Below, in pieces: positions 38,952-48,425 of a stretch of 64,000 nt of DNA. The stretch spans positions 32,001 to 96,000 of the IMG/VR virus record IMGVR_UViG_3300009499_000148; one strand, written 5' to 3'. The notes under the pieces were generated by a model. It was not told the origin of the DNA. It did no database searches and worked only from the letters and a program-made list of their open reading frames with translations. Position 1 is the first letter of the stretch; the number at the start of each line of letters is the position of its first letter. The DNA comes from a virus. The translations under genes and the position numbers were made by a program.

Positions 38952-39857
38952 ATGAAAACACTCAAAGAAACGCATCAAAAAAAGCTAGCAATCCTGACAG
39001 AGCAGTTGAACAATAATCCAGATATCCTTCGAGAGGCAATCGACCAAAAGCAAATCGATGATATACAACGCGCTGTTGAAAAATTGACTAGGCTGTTTTC
39101 TGCTCCTGAGTTTGAAGAGCTACAATCAATGAGAGCAGGACTCTCAAGGGCTTATGAGAATCTGACTGACCTGTTGGCTGCTAACAGAATGACACGTTGG
39201 ATGAAGCTCGGCAAGGAGCTCAAAGATGTTGGAACATTCACGACGGGTGTGATGGCATTTTTGCGACAGCTCCCACAGATAGCAATGATGATAACGAACT
39301 CTGTGAATGCTGGTGGAAACGTGAATAGAGATGAACCGATTGCACATATTTTAAGTGGAGACCAGGGCACACTCGGTAAGCTGTCATCAATCATTGTTAA
39401 GTCTCTTAGGCCAGCATCATTCTTTGGACAAAAACAGCTTCCATACGTTGATATGGAGCAGATTGCATTTGAAGTACTCGGACTGTCACTAAATCAGATT
39501 GATAAATTGAAGGAGCTTTCAACGCAATCACGTGTTGTTAAGAAAACACTCAATCCAGAGCTATTCAAATCGATTGATGATGCACTAAAGAGTCTAGGTC
39601 AGCCCTCCAAACCCGATGAAGCGAGTGAGCAGGGTCAAGAAAGCACAGTAACAAAACAAAAGCTACCCACGGTCGCTGTTGTCAAGCAAGACTTTCCTGT
39701 CATGTTTAGAGCGGCGGTCGCGAGCGCCTTTCCTGAGAGGGAGAAGGATGACTATGGTCATGTCAAGATAGGAACACGTGAAGCTGTCGCAAGGGACCTC
39801 TTCATAAAGAACATCATTGAGTGGTTAAAAGAGCACGGTCTTATCGAGACAAAGTGA
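38952..39857 (+). CDS. hypothetical helical protein
   Basis: Long ORF on the opposite strand to its neighbours. Confidence 0.6.
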   Translation: MKTLKETHQKKLAILTEQLNNNPDILREAIDQKQIDDIQRAVEKLTRLFSAPEFEELQSMRAGLSRAYENLTDLLAANRMTRWMKLGKELKDVGTFTTGVMAFLRQLPQIAMMITNSVNAGGNVNRDEPIAHILSGDQGTLGKLSSIIVKSLRPASFFGQKQLPYVDMEQIAFEVLGLSLNQIDKLKELSTQSRVVKKTLNPELFKSIDDALKSLGQPSKPDEASEQGQESTVTKQKLPTVAVVKQDFPVMFRAAVASAFPEREKDDYGHVKIGTREAVARDLFIKNIIEWLKEHGLIETK

Positions 39858-41123
39858 TGCTCCATCAAATGATTTCATGATGCTCGTTGCGTAATGAATT
39901 GCAGAACCGATGATTATTGCAGATGATTCATCCTCTAGAATGCCATCAAGCAATGAGATGTCGTAACCGCTTATCTTTTGACGTTGAACGACCCCGTATT
40001 TAAGCATCGAACGAATCACCTTCAGCCCGATGTCTAGGTCATGCATCATCTTACTACCCAACGACCCAGCATCAGACACACGTATCACGACTGACGCACC
40101 CGTCAATGACCTGACGCGTTTGTCAAGTATCATTCGTAGCGCAGGAATCTGTTCATCGATGCGTCGTTGAATGAGATTTTGTAGATGTGGTTTAATACCG
40201 TTTGTGCTTGAGCTTGAAATGATTGTTGTTGAGCCAGTGCATGTCACATTTTGGACCGTTGGAAGCTCATCATACTTGATTTGTGATATGACGTCACCCT
40301 TTAGCGATGATACAACATCACAGCCCGCAACCATCGCAACATCAATGAGCACATTTGCTGTCTCAAGCCCAAACTCAACGACGACTGGGACGACGTTCAG
40401 TGTTTTACGTGCATAATTGACGTTGAGCGTTGATATGACATCACGGCTGAACCCCCTAGCCATGATGACCATCGGTCTCTTAAGCTCATGACTACGTTGC
40501 AACATGTGGTCAATCTCTGACACATTCTCAATCGTGCCGTCAATCAGCGCTAGCTTAACATCAGATGCGAACCATCGTCCGTTTTTAAGAAATGATGCAT
40601 TTGCACCGATGTTGAACATATGACCCATCAATAGTTCAACCGTGTTCGTCCCTGTCGTTGATGGTTCTATGAATATCTTACAATCACTTCCTGCCAACGC
40701 TATTGCCTCTTCAAGCATTCCAGCAACATTTGGCACGGTGCTTCTTAAGCGTTCTTTAAGAGCGACAGATGTCGTTGAACATGAAAATTCATCAATCATA
40801 TGAAGCAATTCATCATATGATTTTATGATGCTAGCAGTCGAAAGCTCTGACGTGATGCTGTTCTTTAATAGCCTAATGAGATGCTTGCTTGATGTAGGAG
40901 CGACAATCTCACTTTTTTTACATGCATCAATGATGATTGAGCGAATGATGCTCTGTGATTCAGGAGCACGACTTAGCACGCTCAACACAGCGTATGCATC
41001 ATTCATAACGTCTATCGAGCCATCTGGCATTCGCATGACAGTGAGGCCACCGTGTGTCATCGCTTCAAGCTCATTAACGACGATTGATAACGCTGATTTA
41101 ATCTGTTCCTTGTCAGACAGCAT
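39825..41123 (-). CDS. divergent GroEL/Cpn60-like chaperonin
   Basis: Apical-domain-like IDGTIENVSEI, RPMVIMARGFS, LIDVAMVAG; the GDGTT motif is absent. Confidence 0.7.
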   Translation of the reverse strand: MLSDKEQIKSALSIVVNELEAMTHGGLTVMRMPDGSIDVMNDAYAVLSVLSRAPESQSIIRSIIIDACKKSEIVAPTSSKHLIRLLKNSITSELSTASIIKSYDELLHMIDEFSCSTTSVALKERLRSTVPNVAGMLEEAIALAGSDCKIFIEPSTTGTNTVELLMGHMFNIGANASFLKNGRWFASDVKLALIDGTIENVSEIDHMLQRSHELKRPMVIMARGFSRDVISTLNVNYARKTLNVVPVVVEFGLETANVLIDVAMVAGCDVVSSLKGDVISQIKYDELPTVQNVTCTGSTTIISSSSTNGIKPHLQNLIQRRIDEQIPALRMILDKRVRSLTGASVVIRVSDAGSLGSKMMHDLDIGLKVIRSMLKYGVVQRQKISGYDISLLDGILEDESSAIIIGSAIHYATSIMKSFDGASLCLDKTVLF

Positions 41124-41135
41124 GATAAATCATAA

Positions 41136-41207
41136 CGCGCCCAATGGGATTTGAACCCATGACGTAGCAATTTAGAATTGCGTGTTCTACCGCTGAACTA
41201 TAGGCGC
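41136..41207 (-). tRNA. amber suppressor tRNA, anticodon CUA
   Basis: GCGCCTA/TGGGCGC acceptor, GTTC/GAAC D stem, GCAA-TTCTAAA-TTGC anticodon arm, ATGGG-TTCAAAT-CCCAT T arm. Confidence 0.85.
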
Positions 41208-41551
41208 TAAGCAAACGAATTTCCACAACCACACGTCGTGGATGCATATGGATTAATGAACTTGAATCCAGTTCCTGATAGACCCATGATGTAATCAATC
41301 ATCACTCCCTCTAGATGCATCGCAGATACTGGGTCGATATACACGGTGATTCCATCATGCGTTGATACAATGTCATCATCGTTTTTGTTTGAAAAATCAA
41401 GAACATACTCAAACCCAGCACAACCGCCTCCTCTGATTCCCACACGTAATCCATCACCGACTACGTTCGGTTCTAGCATGAATTCTTTTATTGCAATGAT
41501 AGCCTTCTGCGTGATTGTGATTATCTCATTGCTGTTTTCGCTTTCTTGCAC
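41207..41551 (-). CDS. iscA: HesB/IscA iron-sulfur cluster carrier
   Basis: ITITQKA, GGGCAGFEY, IDY, FINP, TCGCGNSF; probable GTG start at 41551. Confidence 0.88.
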   Translation of the reverse strand: MQESENSNEIITITQKAIIAIKEFMLEPNVVGDGLRVGIRGGGCAGFEYVLDFSNKNDDDIVSTHDGITVYIDPVSAMHLEGVMIDYIMGLSGTGFKFINPYASTTCGCGNSFA

Positions 41552-41855
41552 GTGCCTCTTCCTTATACAATCGATTGAGTTGTTCTTGTCTGTCAAGCTG
41601 TATCGCAGTGAGACGGCGCTTGCTGATATCGTGTCTCTTTTCGGCTGCAACGACAACGTTAGACATACGCTTAAGCATTGCGTCTATTGCTCGTATAACG
41701 TTTATTAGGACAAGCAGAGCACTCTTCTCAAAGCCCCTTGACTGTGCAACATCCTTATACATCGCCTTGAGTGTGCCATCAGCATCAAGCGACGACTGCA
41801 TGCCATCTAACAGCTTACGAAGTGCGTTAGCACGTTCTTGAAATGATGCACTCAC
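41526..41855 (-). CDS. hypothetical protein
   Basis: ORF in operon context. Confidence 0.5.
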   Translation of the reverse strand: MSASFQERANALRKLLDGMQSSLDADGTLKAMYKDVAQSRGFEKSALLVLINVIRAIDAMLKRMSNVVVAAEKRHDISKRRLTAIQLDRQEQLNRLYKEEARARKRKQQ

Positions 41856-41859
41856 GTGA

Positions 41860-42096
41860 TTATCTCTTAAGTTCTTTGATGCGTTCTTCGATTTCGTTTA
41901 TCTTTTCAATCATCGCCTGATGCTCTGCTTCAAGACACACCAGCCGATATGAGCCAGGATGTTTTCTACACATACCGCTAGCAGAAGCATCTCCACATGT
42001 GCATGCAGGAACACGCAAAATTATGCTCTCAGACAAACTCATGACAGCATTAGATATCCTGCTTCGTAGCTTGCCATATAGCTTTGTTATCATCAT
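41860..42096 (-). CDS. hypothetical protein
   Basis: CTC...CRKH small ORF. Confidence 0.45.
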   Translation of the reverse strand: MMITKLYGKLRSRISNAVMSLSESIILRVPACTCGDASASGMCRKHPGSYRLVCLEAEHQAMIEKINEIEERIKELKR

Positions 42097-42139
42097 GTCT
42101 TAATCACTAGGATACACCCTTATTCATCGAAATGTCATT

Positions 42140-42589
42140 TCAATTGACACAATCATCATCATCATTCGATGTGCTACGCTTCATTATAGAGCTTGCCCAC
42201 TGGACGTATTTAATGAGCTTTTTGTCTGTCGGTTGAACGTCTAATGAGCCATTGACAAAAATCATGTAGCTATCAAGCGCATACCTTCCTACTCCTGGAA
42301 GGTTTTTCACATCTACACCATCTATAAACGCCCTTGACATCTTAATGATTGTTGCTGCCCTTCGATTGTAGAAACCAAGTGAGCGTATCACCTCTATCAT
42401 CTCTTGGATGTTTGCTGATGCTGCAGCCTCAGGCGTCGGCCATTTAGTAAAAAAAGCATCTACAACACATCTTACCTGTTTGATGTTTGTTAGATTTAAG
42501 AACATGCAACACACAAGAAGCTTCCATGGCTCATTTCGAAGCTCTTCCTGAATCAATCCATATGGTGAACGCTCAACAGGAGTCATCAA
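42140..42589 (-). CDS. MBD4-like HhH-GPD DNA glycosylase
   Basis: SPYGLIQE, PWKLLV, LNLT, LPGVGRYALDSY, D.KL. Confidence 0.85.
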   Translation of the reverse strand: MMTPVERSPYGLIQEELRNEPWKLLVCCMFLNLTNIKQVRCVVDAFFTKWPTPEAAASANIQEMIEVIRSLGFYNRRAATIIKMSRAFIDGVDVKNLPGVGRYALDSYMIFVNGSLDVQPTDKKLIKYVQWASSIMKRSTSNDDDDCVN

Positions 42590-42650
42590 CTAATTCTACA
42601 ATGCCGCGTCTTATCGAAAGCAACACAAATAGCACGCCATATTTAACGTA

Positions 42651-43271
42651 ATGAAGATACGACTCAGTGAAGTCAGGCACATCCTAGAACGCATCGTTTT
42701 AGAGGCTGTCGGAGATGAACCAGCAGTTGATATACGCTTCGTTGTAGATGAAACGTTACCATTGTTTCGTGAAGTCAGAGTTAAAAAGCTGAATGATGGA
42801 ACATTCTTCGGTGGCGAGCCACGAGGACCGGGAGCAACGTATAAAACACTGCCAGCCGGCACAGAATGCTTGGTGCTCCAAAGAATTGGAGGAAAAGCAG
42901 CATGGTGTCAGGTAGAGGGATTTGACGCTCCCATCCGGATGGACATCAATAAATTCTGTCCGACGAAGGCAGAGGTCTATCTGTCTAGGCAAAGAAAGAA
43001 AGCTCAGATGGAACCGCCACCGCTACGTGGAGCTAAAAGCACATCAAGCATTAAGGATGCTGAACAGCAATTGCGTGATGCAGAGCGTGTATTGATGCTT
43101 GCGAAGCAACAGTTCGAAAAACTAAAAGCATCACAAGAGCAAGAGATAGAAGCAGAACCACCAGAAGAGCACACAGAAGATGAATCGCCCTCAGAATGGG
43201 AAGACACTGGTGATTCTGATTGGGAAAGCGTTCTTAACGACCTTTCACCACAGACGAAATCGAAACGCTAA
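42651..43271 (+). CDS. hypothetical protein
   Basis: MKIRLSEVRHIL N-terminus, coiled coil, acidic tail. Confidence 0.6.
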   Translation: MKIRLSEVRHILERIVLEAVGDEPAVDIRFVVDETLPLFREVRVKKLNDGTFFGGEPRGPGATYKTLPAGTECLVLQRIGGKAAWCQVEGFDAPIRMDINKFCPTKAEVYLSRQRKKAQMEPPPLRGAKSTSSIKDAEQQLRDAERVLMLAKQQFEKLKASQEQEIEAEPPEEHTEDESPSEWEDTGDSDWESVLNDLSPQTKSKR

Positions 43272-44531
43272 TCAAAATCCCGTCTTAACGCGCTCAGACT
43301 TCATGACAGCTGACTCAATATGAGTCAACAGGTCGATAAGACCCTTTTTTACATCATCATTTTCAATCACACGCGACGTTCGTTCAATCGTGTAGCTAGC
43401 AGCAGTCGCAAATAGCTCTTTGTGAAATGCATATGAATGACCCTTAAGCTTCTTACATGCATCACGAAGAACGTCAGCATCAACATTTTCACCAGAAAAT
43501 AGCTTCTGCATGTATGCAAATCCCTCATCTTCAGAGGGCTGTGCATAGAATACCTGCTTGTCGAAGCGACCAGGGCGTGCTAGCACCTGTTGGTCAAGCG
43601 TCTTCGGTTCATTCGCTGTCGCAACAACAATCATGTTGCGACGTTCGACTGCACCATCAAGCGCCTGAAGGATTGCTTGAAGCGTGACCTGCGTGTGCTT
43701 CGTGCCGTCTCTTGGGAAGATGCGGTCGATATCCTCTAGAACGAGGAGACGGATAGGCGTTCTCTCAACTGAAGCAACATCACGTTCATCATTTTCATCA
43801 TCATCACGAGCAATTCGCTCAGACTCACCCAACACCCATGCCTTAAACTCATCATCAGGAGAATTTCTTGAAGCAGAAAAATCAAACGTTTCAGGCTTAG
43901 TGTTCAAAAACTTTGCCAACGCCTTGATTGTCGTCGTCTTTCCATTGCCTGGAGGACCGTGCAAGAGGTATGAACGACTGTATGCCATGTCACGCGAATC
44001 GAAAAACTTCTTTCCAGATACGAAAAATTCGATATCACGCTTTAAAATAGCCGTATCATCATTCCAATGAACAGACGTTAGAGCATCATAGTTGTACTCT
44101 TTTGGAGCAATCTCAGTCTCAGACATGAGTTGCTCAAACTTTGACAGCTCAGAAGACAGAACGATAAACTTCCCAGGCTCGATGGTAGAGATGATTTTCA
44201 ATCCAAACTTATCATTTTTAAGAACTGACCAAAGAGGAGGAAGCTCATCACCCACAAACTTAACACATCTAATGAGGTTGTTCTTTCTGTGGTCGATGTT
44301 AAACTCAATCTCTTCACCTGGATACGTCATGTCAAGCTCAAACGCCTTATTGATTGCAGGCATCGGTACCTTAACAAAAACGACATCAACAGAGCCCAAG
44401 ACGCTGTTGATGTAGTGCCCGTGGCTATCAAGAAGCAACTGTCTGTCAATCTCTGACTCATATCGACAGACGTAGTTGATGTTCAACCCTTCTTTTGGAG
44501 TTGGCTGCTTAATGACGGTTGGATTATCCAT
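43272..44531 (-). CDS. AAA+ ATPase
   Basis: GPPGNGKT, LVLEDID, ATAN, RPGRFD. Confidence 0.9.
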   Translation of the reverse strand: MDNPTVIKQPTPKEGLNINYVCRYESEIDRQLLLDSHGHYINSVLGSVDVVFVKVPMPAINKAFELDMTYPGEEIEFNIDHRKNNLIRCVKFVGDELPPLWSVLKNDKFGLKIISTIEPGKFIVLSSELSKFEQLMSETEIAPKEYNYDALTSVHWNDDTAILKRDIEFFVSGKKFFDSRDMAYSRSYLLHGPPGNGKTTTIKALAKFLNTKPETFDFSASRNSPDDEFKAWVLGESERIARDDDENDERDVASVERTPIRLLVLEDIDRIFPRDGTKHTQVTLQAILQALDGAVERRNMIVVATANEPKTLDQQVLARPGRFDKQVFYAQPSEDEGFAYMQKLFSGENVDADVLRDACKKLKGHSYAFHKELFATAASYTIERTSRVIENDDVKKGLIDLLTHIESAVMKSERVKTGF

Positions 44532-44874
44532 TCTTCGCTCCAGTCTTGTTCGAGGACAGGTTCTTCAAAAGCTTTGAGCATAAATCATCATATGCTCTGC
44601 TCAATGCGATGTTGTATCCAATGTTAGGGTCGTACAAGTCATCAGGCATCATCTTCGATGCACCCAGTCCCACTGCATGCTTAATTGGCATAGAGATAGC
44701 TACTACAGTAAAATTTCCTGCAATTGAAACATCGATGGATGTGCTTGCCTGCTTGAACAGCGCATAAACTGCAATCACATCATTCGGTGTTGCATTCAAC
44801 CGCTTAAGAGAACGACTAACAAGTGTTTTTTCATTAGCAATTTCAACCATGATAGCATCATAACACGACAACAC
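44524..44874 (-). CDS. hypothetical protein
   Basis: G.SK..P.D.YD..IG..IALSRA pattern. Confidence 0.55.
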   Translation of the reverse strand: MLSCYDAIMVEIANEKTLVSRSLKRLNATPNDVIAVYALFKQASTSIDVSIAGNFTVVAISMPIKHAVGLGASKMMPDDLYDPNIGYNIALSRAYDDLCSKLLKNLSSNKTGAKNG

Positions 44875-44889
44875 ATTTGTTTCACAACA

Positions 44890-45300
44890 TCATGATTCAT
44901 TATCAAACATCTTAATGCGTTGAAGAATTAGCTTCTCATTATGAGACAATTGCTTTTTTTCTACATGCTGGCCCTGTGCTGATGACTCAAACTGCTCTTT
45001 CTTTTCTTTTTCTATCTTAGCAAACTGAAGCATCATGTAGTAGCTGAGCGCTTCAAGGATATCCTTCTTATCAGAAAGATAATCTTCTAGCTCAATTGAC
45101 ATCTTCATCGTGCGAGCATACACAAGCATGTCCTCGTAGAATGATTCATCAATTATTGACAATAGAAGTAGTTCATCATCAGTTATGGGCTCAAACTTAG
45201 ACAAAGGGTCAAGCGCACCCTTACGAAGAAAAAAAACAAGGATGCACAATACAATCAATGCACTGATACATCCCAATGCTAATAGCTTAAGCACCATCAT
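44890..45300 (-). CDS. hypothetical membrane-anchored protein
   Basis: N-terminal hydrophobic helix. Confidence 0.55.
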   Translation of the reverse strand: MMVLKLLALGCISALIVLCILVFFLRKGALDPLSKFEPITDDELLLLSIIDESFYEDMLVYARTMKMSIELEDYLSDKKDILEALSYYMMLQFAKIEKEKKEQFESSAQGQHVEKKQLSHNEKLILQRIKMFDNES

Positions 45301-45304
45301 TCGT

Positions 45305-45829
45305 TCACTGTTTGTTGTCGGGCTGCGCTAACCAATCTTTCCATTCAATTGGAAGGTCATTCCTCCAAATTAGCATAAATCTCATTGAAAAGGGAAGCGT
45401 TTTCGGTTTAACGGGTGTAGAAAGCAGTCGTAATCCTGCTTGGCTCGGTGTCAAAGAGCCTTTCTTTTGATTACAGGCATGGCATGCAATGACGATGTTT
45501 TCCCACTGCGTCTTACCACCAGCACGTCGTGGTACAACATGGTCATACGTTGCTTCATATTTTGCAACGCTTACATTGCAATACTGACAGCGACCCTTAT
45601 CACGCATGTACACGTTTTCACGTGAAAACTTAATGACAGACTTCTTGCGATATCTCGTCAGCTCTCTAACGACTGCTGGCATCTTTATGACGAATGATGC
45701 AGACCTAATGTCTCTGTCCTCGTATGATTGAATGATTTCAACCTTACCCTTACACCACTGCGTGATTGCTCTATCCCACGAGATATGACCAGCGGGCTGA
45801 AAGTTAAAGTCTAAGACAAGCGTTTCCAT
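45305..45829 (-). CDS. HNH endonuclease (McrA-like)
   Basis: TLVLD, RD..RCQYC, TYDHVVPR..GG..WENIVIACHACNQKKG. Confidence 0.9.
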   Translation of the reverse strand: METLVLDFNFQPAGHISWDRAITQWCKGKVEIIQSYEDRDIRSASFVIKMPAVVRELTRYRKKSVIKFSRENVYMRDKGRCQYCNVSVAKYEATYDHVVPRRAGGKTQWENIVIACHACNQKKGSLTPSQAGLRLLSTPVKPKTLPFSMRFMLIWRNDLPIEWKDWLAQPDNKQ

Positions 45830-45834
45830 TATAG

Positions 45835-45912
45835 CTCCAGATGCCCGTTCATTAGGGCAACGTCATTCCGGAGGCCCTAACAAAGGATAAATATGTTGTT
45901 ATCGTTAAGCAT
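45835..45912 (-). promoter_or_regulatory. putative translational attenuator: 11-codon leader ending in UAG with alternative stems
   Basis: MLNDNNIFILC-TAG (45912..45877); TTAGGGC/GCCCTAA versus CTCCGGA/TCTGGAG, which masks the SD. Confidence 0.55.
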
Positions 45913-45956
45913 TGCTATCACATTATATTACTACACACGTAGCATAAAATACACTA

Positions 45957-46175
45957 CTATCTGTGGTGATGTCGCATCCTTAATAAAAGACGCTCAGCGA
46001 ACATCGTTAGCAAGCGTTGGTCTGATAATGTTAAACGGCGCCAGATGAGTTGTAGTGTATCATCGATGTCAGCGATTTCATACCGCTTAAGCTCAGATGC
46101 GTTGTCATGTCTATTAAGTAGAGAAATCACGCGACGTATCAATTTTTTTGAGATGATGATATCTCTGTTAAGCAT
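45957..46175 (-). CDS. hypothetical protein
   Basis: Small ORF ending TAG TAG. Confidence 0.45.
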   Translation of the reverse strand: MLNRDIIISKKLIRRVISLLNRHDNASELKRYEIADIDDTLQLIWRRLTLSDQRLLTMFAERLLLRMRHHHR

Positions 46176-46184
46176 CTATTTGTT

Positions 46185-46946
46185 CTATACATCGATAAGA
46201 AGTGCTTTGTTAAAGTCTGGGTTGATATCTGACGGCCAGTAGCCTCGAGGGTTGCACACAACACGTGTAGACTTGCTTGTATCATAATGCTCAATGCGAT
46301 AATCAAATGAGTCATGAGTGTGTCCGTGTATCCAAAGCTTCGGTCCATTTGTACGGATGAATTCATCCATGTCAGTCAGATAAAACGACGTAAGCTCACT
46401 GTGCTTAAATCTCTCTGCAACACTCATTTTTGATGGAAGATGATGCGTGATTAATATGTCAGATGCTGATGCTTCACTGTTAAAGAACGCTGTTGCACGT
46501 GCATTTTCATCATACACCCAATCTCTGATGCACTTGATTATGCGAAAATCATTCATGAAAAATTCGTACTGTTGGTTTCGTACATGCCACGGAAACCACA
46601 TCGTGGCACCAAGAAACCTCTGTCCCTTCACTGTGATTGTTCCACAATCAAGCCAGTGAAGGTTTGAATTCTGTCTCATCGCTTCATGCGATAGCGCCAC
46701 TATCGTATCTCTGTCAGATGCATAATATTCATGATTACCATGAACCCATATGACGTCAGAGTGCTCATACCTTTTGCATAGCCTAGACATGACCTCAATG
46801 ATTTGAGATTTTGTGCATATATCACCTGCTAGCACCAAAACATCGACGCCATCTGGGTCGAGCGTGCTGATAAAGGATGAGATGCTTGATGTTTTATGGT
46901 CGTCATCAAATTCTAGATGAATATCACTCATGATAGCTAATTTCAT
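46185..46946 (-). CDS. calcineurin-like metallophosphoesterase
   Basis: SDIH, AGD, GNHE, THHLP, HGHTH, CNPRGY. Confidence 0.92.
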   Translation of the reverse strand: MKLAIMSDIHLEFDDDHKTSSISSFISTLDPDGVDVLVLAGDICTKSQIIEVMSRLCKRYEHSDVIWVHGNHEYYASDRDTIVALSHEAMRQNSNLHWLDCGTITVKGQRFLGATMWFPWHVRNQQYEFFMNDFRIIKCIRDWVYDENARATAFFNSEASASDILITHHLPSKMSVAERFKHSELTSFYLTDMDEFIRTNGPKLWIHGHTHDSFDYRIEHYDTSKSTRVVCNPRGYWPSDINPDFNKALLIDV

Positions 46947-47224
46947 GATTCACACTCTACATACGCATCTATACTATAGAGCATTAAATTTTCGCATACA
47001 AAAATGCTCTGACCAATCAATAGTTTTGCACCAGATAACGTCTTATTATTAATAACGCTTCTTGCACACGAAACAACACTACATGTCATGTCTAACAATG
47101 ATATAGCGCATCTATCTTGTAAACGATTTTTACATTGCCCGCTACAGACATCAACACAACGAGAGCTTATTTGATGAAAATGATACATGTCATGCAACAC
47201 TATAAGTGAACCCTTGGCTATCAT
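46943..47224 (-). CDS. hypothetical protein
   Basis: Start and stop overlap both neighbours; N-terminal AKGSLI. Confidence 0.45.
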   Translation of the reverse strand: MIAKGSLIVLHDMYHFHQISSRCVDVCSGQCKNRLQDRCAISLLDMTCSVVSCARSVINNKTLSGAKLLIGQSIFVCENLMLYSIDAYVECES

Positions 47225-48009
47225 CGAAAGATGTCCACGTATGGAGCCAACATATTTTGTATGATTGGTCTCTCTAGCCAATGTCCGTCTGCATCTGCGA
47301 TTGAGTTTAAAAATGAGCTTCTCACCCACTTATAACGCTCTAGCACTGAATCATCATTTTCTACCTTGATGTAAAGACCCTCCATCGTATCGTTCTTGTC
47401 AGTTTGACGAAGCGCAACGTCATATGCAACACCTGCATTCTGTGCCTGTGTGTTGAGATTATCTTTCCAGCGACCCGTCTTGTAGTATGACATCGTGATG
47501 AGTTGTGTGATGTCATCTAGGCACGTGATGATGCTATCCTGAATGATGTTAACAGAAACGATTGGAGAACCATGAAGTAGTTCAAGCCGTCTCTGTGTTG
47601 AAATAAATGTGTTTGTTTCTTTGTCAAAGACATCAAACGCTAAAAAATAATGTGGTAAGAGGTCATAGAACACAGTGTGTTTTGCGAATAACCACTCACC
47701 GTAAATGATGTATCTGTCTCCAATGATGTTTAACAGCGTGGCTTCATGAACTGCAGCCCATTGTTTAAAAAGGTCCCAGTGCTTTTCTCGCGGGCCACCT
47801 GTAAGGTAATGCCCCCTACTTTGCAGCAGCAACGAACCATCATGCGAGAACGATATCCCAGCATTCGCGCCGTCGACCTTTTCTTCTATAATTACCCGTT
47901 TACCAAATAGTTCAGAGACACGAACCTGTGATAAGTCTTCATCACCGCTCTGTAGTCTTGAGCCCTCAAGATGAGGGGTCCGAACAAACTTGATGATTTC
48001 GATGCTCAT
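47221..48009 (-). CDS. ATP-dependent RNA ligase family protein
   Basis: RTPHL, EEKVDGAN, YGEW, FLAFDV, EGLYIK, RYKWV. Confidence 0.88.
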   Translation of the reverse strand: MSIEIIKFVRTPHLEGSRLQSGDEDLSQVRVSELFGKRVIIEEKVDGANAGISFSHDGSLLLQSRGHYLTGGPREKHWDLFKQWAAVHEATLLNIIGDRYIIYGEWLFAKHTVFYDLLPHYFLAFDVFDKETNTFISTQRRLELLHGSPIVSVNIIQDSIITCLDDITQLITMSYYKTGRWKDNLNTQAQNAGVAYDVALRQTDKNDTMEGLYIKVENDDSVLERYKWVRSSFLNSIADADGHWLERPIIQNMLAPYVDIFR

Positions 48010-48425
48010 TTATCTTCATTATCACACATATCGACGTTGCTGTGCAATGCTGTGAGCTTATCATCTTTTTTTTGTCTTTTTATGAATAACTCAAGCCTCA
48101 GCGCTGAGCTCTTTGAAGGCATTTTTCTGCTATCACAGAGAGTTATCGGCCCTCTTCCTCGTGTGTATTTTGCACCCTTTCCATCCTGATGGGCTTTCAC
48201 TCTCTTTGCTACGTCAGTTGTGATGCCAGTGTAAAGAGAACCATCGCCACATCGAACAATATAGACGAACCACATCTTTTTTCCACCGTATTTCGGTGTC
48301 AGGTCTCCATCAGATGTATAGATTCCAACATCAACACATGAAAGAAACAATTCATGTGGTGTCATCTTACGAAGACGCTTCATTAATTTTTGATGAGCAA
48401 GTGCGTTTTGTTTCGTGTACGTCAT
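48006..48425 (-). CDS. GIY-YIG nuclease (YhbQ/UPF0213-like) with N-terminal extension
   Basis: WFVYIVRCGDGSLYTGITTD..KR...H..GKGAKYTRGR. Confidence 0.85.
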   Translation of the reverse strand: MTYTKQNALAHQKLMKRLRKMTPHELFLSCVDVGIYTSDGDLTPKYGGKKMWFVYIVRCGDGSLYTGITTDVAKRVKAHQDGKGAKYTRGRGPITLCDSRKMPSKSSALRLELFIKRQKKDDKLTALHSNVDMCDNEDK

